A program made the translations under genes and the position numbers. This document shows, piece after piece, positions 56,209 through 64,000 of a DNA stretch of 64,000 nt (positions within the stretch are counted from its first letter, which is position 1; the number at the start of each line of letters is the position of its first letter). Under the pieces are notes generated by a model. It was not told the DNA's origin. It searched no databases and saw only the letters and a program-made list of their open reading frames with translations. Origin of the DNA: a virus; the IMG/VR virus record IMGVR_UViG_3300010371_000029, positions 1-64,000 of that record, one strand, 5' to 3'.

Positions 56209-56704
56209 CAACCACGCTGTCCCAGCTATAAATCTTAGACATTACGGTTTCCAGTAAGCCCTTTAGTCGAATAGCCTCCCCGAAACTAACGTAAATGATA
56301 GCTTTCTTCAGTGGCGCATCTCCAACCTTCTGACTGACGCTCATTTCATACTTACCCTCGGGGAACTTATCATTCCCGTCTAGGTATTTGAATTGAAGGC
56401 AAACGTTTCCATTAGCGTTCTGATGGTACAAACCGGTCGGGTTTCCGTTCTTTAGACCGCCCGCGTACCCCTTCATTCCCGACAAGCACGCTAGAAGCTC
56501 GCCAATATCATTTTCACCCAATTTCATTACAATACAACTTTCTTTATCCTTCCAGGTAAAAGTTGCGTTTCCATTAGAATCATTTTCGCCCTGCTTAGCA
56601 AAAGTTAAGAAAAGACTCTGCTTATCGGGGACAAATTGAAATGAAGCGGCACTCCCATTACCAGAATTATTAGCGCGGAAAATACGATAATCTTTTAAAT
56701 ACAT
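56198..56704 (-). CDS. Whirly/PC4-fold ssDNA-binding protein
   Basis: YRIFR...SAASF...LFLTFAKQ...FTW...MKLGENDIGELL...LYH...MSV...VSFGEAIRL follows the duplicated 4-strand plus helix pattern of Whirly proteins. Confidence 0.6.
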   Translation of the reverse strand: MYLKDYRIFRANNSGNGSAASFQFVPDKQSLFLTFAKQGENDSNGNATFTWKDKESCIVMKLGENDIGELLACLSGMKGYAGGLKNGNPTGLYHQNANGNVCLQFKYLDGNDKFPEGKYEMSVSQKVGDAPLKKAIIYVSFGEAIRLKGLLETVMSKIYSWDSVVVSS

Positions 56705-56705
56705 A

Positions 56706-57362
56706 TTAGCCCTTTAAAACTTGAGGAATTTGCTTGGGGTCGTTACGAAAACTATTTAATTGCGTCAACATTTTTACACCGTTTTGATAAGTGTCTTTCT
56801 CAATATCGCCTCCGGTGTAATAATTTACGAACTTGTCATAATCTATCTTTACCTTTCCACATAACATTTTGATTGTATTAATCTGATTATCTGTAATAGT
56901 GGGCGTATCTAGGTTCACTTCAGCTTTTTCTTCTGCGGCAATACTTCTTAGGCCGAGAGCTTTTCTATAAGCCCGCCCTTCTGCTCTAGTCTCCGCTATT
57001 GCCGTTGGAAATACCTGAAATGTTTTATCTGTACAATTTCTAGGAGTACAATCCGCCGCCCCAACAAAACAACGAAGTTCACTATCCTCTTGTAAAGTTA
57101 TCTTAAAAATTGCATTTACAGAGTGTTCATCAACATATGAAATTTTAACTTTTTGGTCAATAATAGGACCTAAAAGTAACTGAGTTACTCGTCTAAGCCC
57201 ATCTACTGTAGGCTGTCCATCCACCAATTCTTCTGGTGAAAATTCAGACATGACATAATCATGCCACCCTATTGAGAATGGTGACGGTCTTTCCTTATAA
57301 TTTTCCGGCACTGAATCTTCATTTTCTTTAACATTGTTGAAATCAATTTCTTCTAAACTCAT
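56706..57362 (-). CDS. Rad52/Sak-like single-strand annealing protein
   Basis: PTVDGLRRV...GAAD...N...PTAIAETRAEGRAYRKALGL..AAEE; C-terminal ITDNQI helix. Confidence 0.65.
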   Translation of the reverse strand: MSLEEIDFNNVKENEDSVPENYKERPSPFSIGWHDYVMSEFSPEELVDGQPTVDGLRRVTQLLLGPIIDQKVKISYVDEHSVNAIFKITLQEDSELRCFVGAADCTPRNCTDKTFQVFPTAIAETRAEGRAYRKALGLRSIAAEEKAEVNLDTPTITDNQINTIKMLCGKVKIDYDKFVNYYTGGDIEKDTYQNGVKMLTQLNSFRNDPKQIPQVLKG

Positions 57363-57585
57363 TAATAATCTCCTCTATATCCATGGTTTCATCAATATAT
57401 ATTATATTATAGCCTCTTTCCTTTAAATTATCAATCTTATCTCCTAATTGAATAGCAATTTTTTTATCTGGTATAAGGATATCAATAACGGTCTTAGACC
57501 GGGGAACAAAATTTCTTACGTTTGGTAATGCTACTAGACCCAATTCTCTCAATTTTAAAATAAGGTCTATATTAAATTTCCGCAA
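57343..57585 (-). CDS. Small degenerate DUF559/Vsr-like protein
   Basis: IDILIPDKKIAIQL...LKERGYNIIYI. Confidence 0.55.
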   Translation of the reverse strand: MRKFNIDLILKLRELGLVALPNVRNFVPRSKTVIDILIPDKKIAIQLGDKIDNLKERGYNIIYIDETMDIEEIINEFRRN

Positions 57586-58069
57586 GAAACCTGCCTAGTT
57601 GGAAGTCTGGAATAATCGCATCACACTTAAGGTTATAATTATTTTCCAAGACTTTTTTATGGTCCAAACATCGGGCAATTAAGTAATATTTATGATATAT
57701 CTCTCTGAAGAATTTTTCGTTAATTGGATAATTTTTTTCTTGTTGAGCCCACAATGCGTAGCTATATGTATTATGCCTAAGAAACTCAAGGTCCCACACA
57801 TAAAAGAACTTTTGGGCCTGATTACAAACTCTTTCCATAAAAAGAGCCGTGTCTATGGAAGTAGAAATTAAAGGTCCTATATGGCCGAAACATTCATTAA
57901 GCTGCATTACCGAAAAAAGGGGTTTAATGATACTTAAAAAATGTTGATTACAATAAACAATAACGTCTATGCCCGAATATCTTTCTAAGAAATTATTAAT
58001 ATTCTTACAAAGTAGATAGCTCAATTCACTGTGGCCCAAATTGTCTACTAAGATACCTATTGACTTCAT
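57572..58069 (-). CDS. Hypothetical protein, glycosyltransferase N-domain-like
   Basis: LISTS..TA...KFFYVWDLEF; within the GT cluster. Confidence 0.55.
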   Translation of the reverse strand: MKSIGILVDNLGHSELSYLLCKNINNFLERYSGIDVIVYCNQHFLSIIKPLFSVMQLNECFGHIGPLISTSIDTALFMERVCNQAQKFFYVWDLEFLRHNTYSYALWAQQEKNYPINEKFFREIYHKYYLIARCLDHKKVLENNYNLKCDAIIPDFQLGRFLAEI

Positions 58070-59061
58070 GTAAGTTCCTTTAACATTTTCTCAATCCTGT
58101 TTATATAGGTATGTTCTTTCAAAACAATAGACTGGGCCTTTTGTATATATGGAATACGTTCTTCGGGATTTTTAAGGTAATGGAAAATTTTATCCTCTAG
58201 GTCTTTTACATCATCGAAATATACCACGCTATCCCCGAAAAAGTCAGTGCGGGCCGATTCAATATTCTCGCTTAGGGCGAACCCACCCGATGAAATCACT
58301 TTAAATATACGTTCACTTACGTCAAATCCGAATTCTTTTGAGAGCGGCTCATAAATGCATGGGCAAATTCCGGCGGATTTAAATAAATCTTTTACATTAT
58401 TAGAATCTATCCCGCCCAAATATTGAGAAACTGGCCATAATGAATTTCCATAAATTTTTATATTTAGTTTATAATTTTCGTGACAGAATCTTATTAGATA
58501 ATCCTTCAGATTCCTTGCCTTGTATTCCCAATAACCGCCCACAAATGCTAGGTCGCATATATATTCCTTCTTAACTTCACCTTCTGAATATACTAAAGTG
58601 TCCGCCGCTAGGGGGAGGGATACTACTTTTAGACCCCATTCCGCCCAATATCCCATAGTAATAGGAATCCACCTATCGTGATAATAGGCAAAAACATAAT
58701 GTGGGCGTCCAGTGTGTTTTATTAGACCAGCTACGTTATTCAATTCTTCCTGAGTCGGAATCTGAACAGGCGTAGTTTTGAACTCTTTATTAATCTCCCC
58801 CCAAGTCGAGGCTTGTAGGATTACTTTCAAATTTGGTCTTAGAGCGATAGCTTTATGAATCGCACTATTTATTGCCCACGTTTCCCCAATATATAAATCC
58901 GGTTCAAATCGGTTAAAAACATCAAGAGCGTATTCACGTTTAAGGTCAATGAAACGAAAATCGTGTCCTAAATATGTTGCCGCATTTTTCCAACCTTCCC
59001 TATAAAATCCAGGGGCGGAATTAGCTTTATTGCATAATATCTTCAAAGGCGCTTCCTTCAC
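58066..59061 (-). CDS. CgeB-like GT-B glycosyltransferase
   Basis: LPLAAD...DLAFVGG...SERIFKVISSGGF.LS...EHTYINRI. True start may be slightly downstream. Confidence 0.85.
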   Translation of the reverse strand: MKEAPLKILCNKANSAPGFYREGWKNAATYLGHDFRFIDLKREYALDVFNRFEPDLYIGETWAINSAIHKAIALRPNLKVILQASTWGEINKEFKTTPVQIPTQEELNNVAGLIKHTGRPHYVFAYYHDRWIPITMGYWAEWGLKVVSLPLAADTLVYSEGEVKKEYICDLAFVGGYWEYKARNLKDYLIRFCHENYKLNIKIYGNSLWPVSQYLGGIDSNNVKDLFKSAGICPCIYEPLSKEFGFDVSERIFKVISSGGFALSENIESARTDFFGDSVVYFDDVKDLEDKIFHYLKNPEERIPYIQKAQSIVLKEHTYINRIEKMLKELT

Positions 59062-59216
59062 TGTCTAACAAGAAGTGTCTATTAGAATTAACGGTAAAAT
59101 TTGTTCTAAAAAGGTCAATTAATTGTTCGTATGTTATACTACCATCCCAAAGAAGTTTATAATTTTCAGTCATAGGTTCAGGTTTTGGGGCGAGTTATTC
59201 TTAACATTTCATACAT
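59027..59216 (-). pseudogene. Frameshifted LTRP-tag gene
   Basis: ATG at 59216 gives MYEMLRITRPKT*. Removing one base in CCCCAAAA joins it to an open frame PEPMTENYKLLWDG...EDIMQ* ending at 59027. Confidence 0.65.
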
Positions 59217-59937
59217 TAAATATCCCCCGTGCCTTTTCTATATCCTCTAAGGTATCTATGTCCATCACTCGACACCTAGGATTTTTCTTACCTTCTATTT
59301 GGCCGCCCCTCTCTAAAATCATGTTGAAAATTTCAAACAGATATAATTTCTCATTTTCTCTATTAAAACATAATTTCCTAAGGAGACTAAGTTCTTTTCC
59401 GGTAAGAAAGGTTATCTGTGCCCATTTTTCTGCAAAACTATAAGAGAAATTATCAATAAAGTTATTCGCTAATCTAACCCCAATTTCCCTATGATGGTCG
59501 TCAAAACAACCAGAAATATCTATCAGGGCCTTGGAGGTTCCCTCTATATCAATTAATGCGGAGGAATCAAATACAAGGTCCCCAAATATGATTAAGACCT
59601 TATTATTGTTAGTTGTTCTTAATCCGTGGGCTATACTTCGTACTACGTTAGTTTCCTCAAATCTCTCATTCTCTACGGAAACCGCCCTTGATTTTAAAGA
59701 ATTGGCTACTTTGTCCGATTGGAACCCAGTAACAACAACAACTTGGGCAAGAGGATAGTACGAGTTACAATTATCTATTATTCTTTCTAATACTGTTTTT
59801 CCATTAATATCAATCAAGCACTTAGGGCCAAGTGAGCGCATCCTATGGGCCGCACCGGCAGCCGGTATTATTATTGTAAGGTCAGACCCATCATTTTGCG
59901 GTTTAATAGAAGTTACATTTCTTTTATTGGATGACAC
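59209..59937 (-). CDS. NTP transferase, LicC / sugar-phosphate nucleotidyltransferase-like
   Basis: IIPAAG...RM...PKCLI.ING; VVTGF; N.RFEETN; IIFGDLVF; DIDTLED. Confidence 0.85.
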   Translation of the reverse strand: MSSNKRNVTSIKPQNDGSDLTIIIPAAGAAHRMRSLGPKCLIDINGKTVLERIIDNCNSYYPLAQVVVVTGFQSDKVANSLKSRAVSVENERFEETNVVRSIAHGLRTTNNNKVLIIFGDLVFDSSALIDIEGTSKALIDISGCFDDHHREIGVRLANNFIDNFSYSFAEKWAQITFLTGKELSLLRKLCFNRENEKLYLFEIFNMILERGGQIEGKKNPRCRVMDIDTLEDIEKARGIFNV

Positions 59938-60646
59938 CGTTTTGCCGCCCCGCTAATTTTTGGAATACGTAAGCTCGGTTTTTCGCCCAATTTTCATTTG
60001 AAACACTTGAAGTGGAATTTTGTGGATGGGTTGTATGTCTAATTAAACATTCTGGAATATGTTTTAAAAGGTAATGTTCACTCACTCTTAACCAAAGGTC
60101 ATAATCTTCACATGTTCTAAGGTCCGGGTCATATAATCCCGACTTCTCTAAAGCTTCTTTTTTAACTAGAGAATTGTTATTTATGATGCATTCTTGAAGT
60201 AATCGGGTTCTACTATACGGTTCTTTATATTCCCTAATTAATATATTCGTGTCTTCGTGAAAATTTTCATAATCACTATAAACCGCCCCTATAGCTTCAT
60301 CTTCTAAATATTTGACCGATTTACCTACTTTATCTTGAAGATAAATGTCGTCAGCATCTAAAAAACCAAAAATATCCGTAAAACTGCTAGCAAACTCAAT
60401 ACCAATATTTCGGGCAATTGCTGGACCACAAGTAGAGGAAGTATTCTGTAATACAAAAAGACGGCCGGATTCAATATGATTATCGAATTTCTCATTAATA
60501 TATTCAATTGAACCATCTGTAGAATGGTCGTCCACCACAATTACAATCGCTGGATAATTTTGACCCAAAACGCTATTAATCGCATTAGCTATATATTTTT
60601 TATAATTATGATTAGCTATTATTACACTGACAATTCGGGAGGACAT
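59924..60646 (-). CDS. GT2 glycosyltransferase
   Basis: VSVIIANHN, VVDDHSTD, ARNIG, FLDADD, EDYDLWLR. Confidence 0.92.
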   Translation of the reverse strand: MSSRIVSVIIANHNYKKYIANAINSVLGQNYPAIVIVVDDHSTDGSIEYINEKFDNHIESGRLFVLQNTSSTCGPAIARNIGIEFASSFTDIFGFLDADDIYLQDKVGKSVKYLEDEAIGAVYSDYENFHEDTNILIREYKEPYSRTRLLQECIINNNSLVKKEALEKSGLYDPDLRTCEDYDLWLRVSEHYLLKHIPECLIRHTTHPQNSTSSVSNENWAKNRAYVFQKLAGRQNGVIQ

Positions 60647-61455
60647 ATTTGGCCCATAGTTCTAGACAGATGTTTTATACCTATTTTATCTAACGTATAT
60701 TTTGTTAAATAGACTATAGGATTTTCGGAATCTTCGTAATCGTCGGTATTTTCGGGCCGTTCTAATTGTAGAAATAGTTCCTTTTGGCAAATAATAGGTT
60801 GAGCAGCTTCATTAGGAAGTACGGTCGAAATTCTGTCTCCCACTTCATTTATTAAAATATCAACGTTTGCAAAAAGATGCTTATCAATTAAATCGCCGGG
60901 CCGGGCAAAGCATAAATACCTAGAACGTAGTTTATCTGTTTTATTATAAATAAAAGTATATGGGTCGGTTTTATCATTTAGTTGAACAAGTTTCCACACA
61001 CACTTCTTCTCTAAATTCGATGTAAGGACTTTAATTATGTTAGTATAATCATCCCTAGAGCCGGGGACGGTGACTATAAATTCTTTAGGGAAAAGAGTAG
61101 AATCCGCGATTGATTCTATCGTATCAACAATAAATTTAAGCGGCTCATCCTCACAAATCAAAACTACCCCAAACGTTATTCTTGCTTCTTCTCTAGCTAC
61201 TTCTCCCAAATCGGTCAAATTTAGTTCTACCTCAGGGTCCTGAATTTCTGCCCATTCGTGAGTCCTATGAAATTGACAAATCCTATCTAATATTTTAACA
61301 AACTCACTATCTTCGTCTTCAAAAGCGGTTACAGTACCCCCATTAGCTTCGAGCAAATCTATCCTATTAAGGTAACAATCAATCTGACGGTCTTTTCCCG
61401 CTACGGAATCATAAACAGCAAAAACACAATTTTTACAACTAGTTTCAATAATCAC
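60622..61455 (-). CDS. Cys-motif N-terminus plus degenerate GT-A-like domain
   Basis: TSCKNCVFA...C...C; DTIESI...PKEFIV; in the GT cluster. Confidence 0.55.
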   Translation of the reverse strand: MIIETSCKNCVFAVYDSVAGKDRQIDCYLNRIDLLEANGGTVTAFEDEDSEFVKILDRICQFHRTHEWAEIQDPEVELNLTDLGEVAREEARITFGVVLICEDEPLKFIVDTIESIADSTLFPKEFIVTVPGSRDDYTNIIKVLTSNLEKKCVWKLVQLNDKTDPYTFIYNKTDKLRSRYLCFARPGDLIDKHLFANVDILINEVGDRISTVLPNEAAQPIICQKELFLQLERPENTDDYEDSENPIVYLTKYTLDKIGIKHLSRTMGQICPPELSV

Positions 61456-61922
61456 TGCCGAATTCCTTTAACAATCGAATGAAAGAAGTTAGAACGGCGG
61501 TCCACAATATTAAATCCGTTGCGGCGCAAGGAAGTATCAAGCTGGCTAATAGACATGGCAGAGCGCCGGGGCATACTCAGACCGAGAAATAATTTCTTCT
61601 GACCTTCCTCAATTGGTAAGGTGTTATAAGCCACACTTTTACAAATTTCAAAAAAGTCTACCGAACCAAGCACAATTTGACCACCAATTTTTACCTTTGA
61701 ACACCAACGGGCAATAACTTCCTCTACAAGTTGCAGTGGGACAAAGTTAATAGCGTCTAGGGCAATAATTTCTTCACATTCACCATTATCAACCTTCCAA
61801 GTTAGGTCAAAAATATCCCCATATTCTTTATTAGGATTTATCTTTCCTTCTATTTTTATAACGTCTATATTACAGTAGCCTCCTCTCGTATCTTCAGAGT
61901 CTACTAGTAGATTTAATTTCAT
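61452..61922 (-). CDS. SAM methyltransferase-like protein
   Basis: MKLNL...GYCNID...DNGECEEI.A...W..KVKIGG; degenerate motif I. Confidence 0.6.
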   Translation of the reverse strand: MKLNLLVDSEDTRGGYCNIDVIKIEGKINPNKEYGDIFDLTWKVDNGECEEIIALDAINFVPLQLVEEVIARWCSKVKIGGQIVLGSVDFFEICKSVAYNTLPIEEGQKKLFLGLSMPRRSAMSISQLDTSLRRNGFNIVDRRSNFFHSIVKGIRQ

Positions 61923-62935
61923 GCAGCGCCCTTATAATACATGGTTGAAGTTAATGTAAATACTTTATTCCAGCTTTGAACAAATTTATCCAAAGAAAAC
62001 TTTTCTTCTATAGATTTTCTAGCAGCCACACCTAAACGTAATGCTAATTGTTTATCTCTTCTTAATAATTTAATATATTCAACAGCCTTTTCTGGTTGTT
62101 CTGGTGGGTACATTAGTCCATTAACTTCGTGTTCTAATATCTCTGGAACAGCACAAGTATTTGTACTCACACAAGCACACCCGGCAGACATTGCTTCAAA
62201 AAGTGCCATAGGAACAGGCGAAATTAGACTTGTATTTAAAAATATTAAACTTTCACCATACGTTGTAGCAAGTTCTTCTGTGTTTTTAGCTGGATTTGAA
62301 ATCCCAGGATTAGTACCCAATAAAATACTTTTAATACCATTTCGTAATAATCTTGAATGTATTTCTTTCCATAATGTAAAACCAACTTGCCAATCTCTAG
62401 AGGCCATATCATTACAAACCGCTAATACATGGTCTTGTTTATCTTTTGGTATAAACATTTTATGGTCTATACCATGATGAATAACAAAACAGTTTTCTTT
62501 ATTTTCTGCTAACCAGCCTTTTCTACTACTTTCTGTAATAAAAATATTTATATCCCCGACCATTTTAGAAGCATTTTCAACCTGTTTTTTACTCCAAAAA
62601 GGAGGAGGTTGAAGGTGTTCTAGAGTTATTAATGGACAATGAAAATTGGCCGCTAAACTTGAAGATAATTGAAAATGAGCACCTTTACTTTGGGAAAAAA
62701 TAAAATCAAAATCAATATCAATAGGAATATCATTTGGTAAAATTGTGTGATTTGGAGGGATTGGTGCAAATTTAGTGTTCCATTTTTTAATACCTTCTCC
62801 TTGTACCATATAAAAATTATGACCAGTAAGGTCTAATTGGCTTTGGTATCTTTCATGGGTTGGGAAGGTCAATATGTTATAAGGGCCATTTCCTCTATAA
62901 ACTTGACGGAAAATGCCGGATAGTCTAGTGGGCAT
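61919..62935 (-). CDS. GT4 (GT-B) glycosyltransferase
   Basis: IHHGID; FLNTSLISPVPMALFEAMSAGC..VST. Confidence 0.88.
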   Translation of the reverse strand: MPTRLSGIFRQVYRGNGPYNILTFPTHERYQSQLDLTGHNFYMVQGEGIKKWNTKFAPIPPNHTILPNDIPIDIDFDFIFSQSKGAHFQLSSSLAANFHCPLITLEHLQPPPFWSKKQVENASKMVGDINIFITESSRKGWLAENKENCFVIHHGIDHKMFIPKDKQDHVLAVCNDMASRDWQVGFTLWKEIHSRLLRNGIKSILLGTNPGISNPAKNTEELATTYGESLIFLNTSLISPVPMALFEAMSAGCACVSTNTCAVPEILEHEVNGLMYPPEQPEKAVEYIKLLRRDKQLALRLGVAARKSIEEKFSLDKFVQSWNKVFTLTSTMYYKGAA

Positions 62936-63195
62936 TACTTAAAATCATCCTTTTGATTTAACGTAAGGAGACGTTTCATATCTTTTGTAAATCGGGTAAA
63001 ATCTGGGTTCTTACCGAACATAGTTATATGTCCACGGTGAAATTTCCCAAAAATAAATCTTCTTCTGACAAAACAGCGTCTAATTTCCAAAGAATAGTAT
63101 GGGGCGACTTGTAATAATATATTAAGATTTTCTACAGCTTCTTCTTCGGTGCCTACAAAATCTATCTTACATAAACCCAATTGTCTAAACCGCAA
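62935..63195 (-). CDS. Hypothetical protein
   Basis: Non-overlapping part of ORF 62935..63333; start approximate (TTG near the stop of the upstream GT). Confidence 0.5.
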   Translation of the reverse strand: MRFRQLGLCKIDFVGTEEEAVENLNILLQVAPYYSLEIRRCFVRRRFIFGKFHRGHITMFGKNPDFTRFTKDMKRLLTLNQKDDFK

Positions 63196-64000
63196 GAGCG
63201 GCGGCAATAAGCTCACCAACGGGTCTATAATCAAAAGCTTTGGCACGTTCAACAGACGCCTGAGACATTGTATCATATTTTTCCCCATAATCGTAAATTT
63301 CCCGCATAAATGACTTAAGCCATGAAATATCAATTGAATCCCACTCCTCTCTTGCAGTCATTAAGTCGCCGAAAGTATCAATACAACCAAACACCGGCTC
63401 TTTTCTTGCAGGGACCAAAAAGCTGGTTTCTTCAGTCATGTAATCTAAAAACCCTGTTCCTTTAGTAGCAATAGTAGGTTTACCCATAGCCATAGCTTCA
63501 AAAGCTGGGATACACCAAGCCTCCCCATAGGAGGGCATGACAAAACAATCACAGGTTGCGTGCAACCTCAAAATATCGGCGTCTGAAAGACGCTGTGTTA
63601 TTATTACCTCTTTAGCATAACTATCTATGGGTCGCAGCTTAAGACCTTCCTTGACAGAACGACAGAAATTTCGTATAATATCGGCGGATTCTTGCTTTGA
63701 TTTGCCGGGAATGTTTGACTTAATAACTAGGGAAACGGGTTCATGGGGTTCAAAGGTAGAATGAAATGCTTTAAGAAGTGCCCCAAGATTCTTTCGACGA
63801 ACAAATTCTCCAATAAAGTAGAACTTAAAAGTTCCCGCTATTTCTGGGATATGAAACGGTTCATACTTCTTTTGGTATGTGGTTATATCGAAACAATGGG
63901 GGATTACTCTTATTGGTACGTTAACCCCACTATTTTCGGCTACATTAGCACTTTGCCAATTAAACACCCACGCTTCATCTAAAGTATTTAACCGTTCGAC
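63185..64000 (-). CDS. GT4 (GT-B) glycosyltransferase, 5' end outside the window
   Basis: RKNLGALLKAF; FVMPSYGEAWCIPAFEAMAMGKP; frame open to the window edge (...LDEAWVFN). Confidence 0.9.
   Translation of the reverse strand, partial: VERLNTLDEAWVFNWQSANVAENSGVNVPIRVIPHCFDITTYQKKYEPFHIPEIAGTFKFYFIGEFVRRKNLGALLKAFHSTFEPHEPVSLVIKSNIPGKSKQESADIIRNFCRSVKEGLKLRPIDSYAKEVIITQRLSDADILRLHATCDCFVMPSYGEAWCIPAFEAMAMGKPTIATKGTGFLDYMTEETSFLVPARKEPVFGCIDTFGDLMTAREEWDSIDISWLKSFMREIYDYGEKYDTMSQASVERAKAFDYRPVGELIAAALAV

Noticed and set aside
7909-63982. Numerous short antisense or alternate-frame ORFs in the track (e.g. 9120..9395, 26114..26548, 39887..44260 minus, 59123..59443 plus)
   Set aside because: Nested within well-supported genes, with no RBS or recognisable motifs.

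Overview
AT-rich segment of a large tailed dsDNA phage, probably a siphovirus: it has a tail tube and a 2483-aa tape measure but no recognisable sheath. Standard genetic code. There are three blocks. (1) 1-6.9 kb, minus strand: a GC-richer edge gene, then an early operon behind a perfect sigma70 promoter. The operon holds 13 small, very divergent proteins that all begin with the same 10-residue tag (MxxLLKLTRP), interspersed with DUF3445-like, HAD and SLOG enzymes. (2) 7.0-56.2 kb, plus strand: phage sigma factor, GDP-mannose dehydratase, ATP-grasp, two GNATs, ERCC4 nuclease, intein-containing large terminase, DNA MTase, portal, protease/scaffold, capsid, neck and tail genes, several homing endonucleases, and finally a FixL-like heme-PAS protein next to a holin-like gene. 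(3) 56.2-64 kb, minus strand: Whirly-like SSB, Rad52-like annealase and a glycosyltransferase/nucleotidyltransferase cluster. Best leads are the N-terminal tag family (with a 14th, frameshifted copy at 59.2 kb), the PAS/holin-like pair, Ser-Gly-rich virion proteins alongside glycosylation enzymes, a GTGTAT late-promoter candidate and apparent GATC avoidance. A Planctomycetota host is inferred only. All family calls are by-eye motif recognition; no searches were run.
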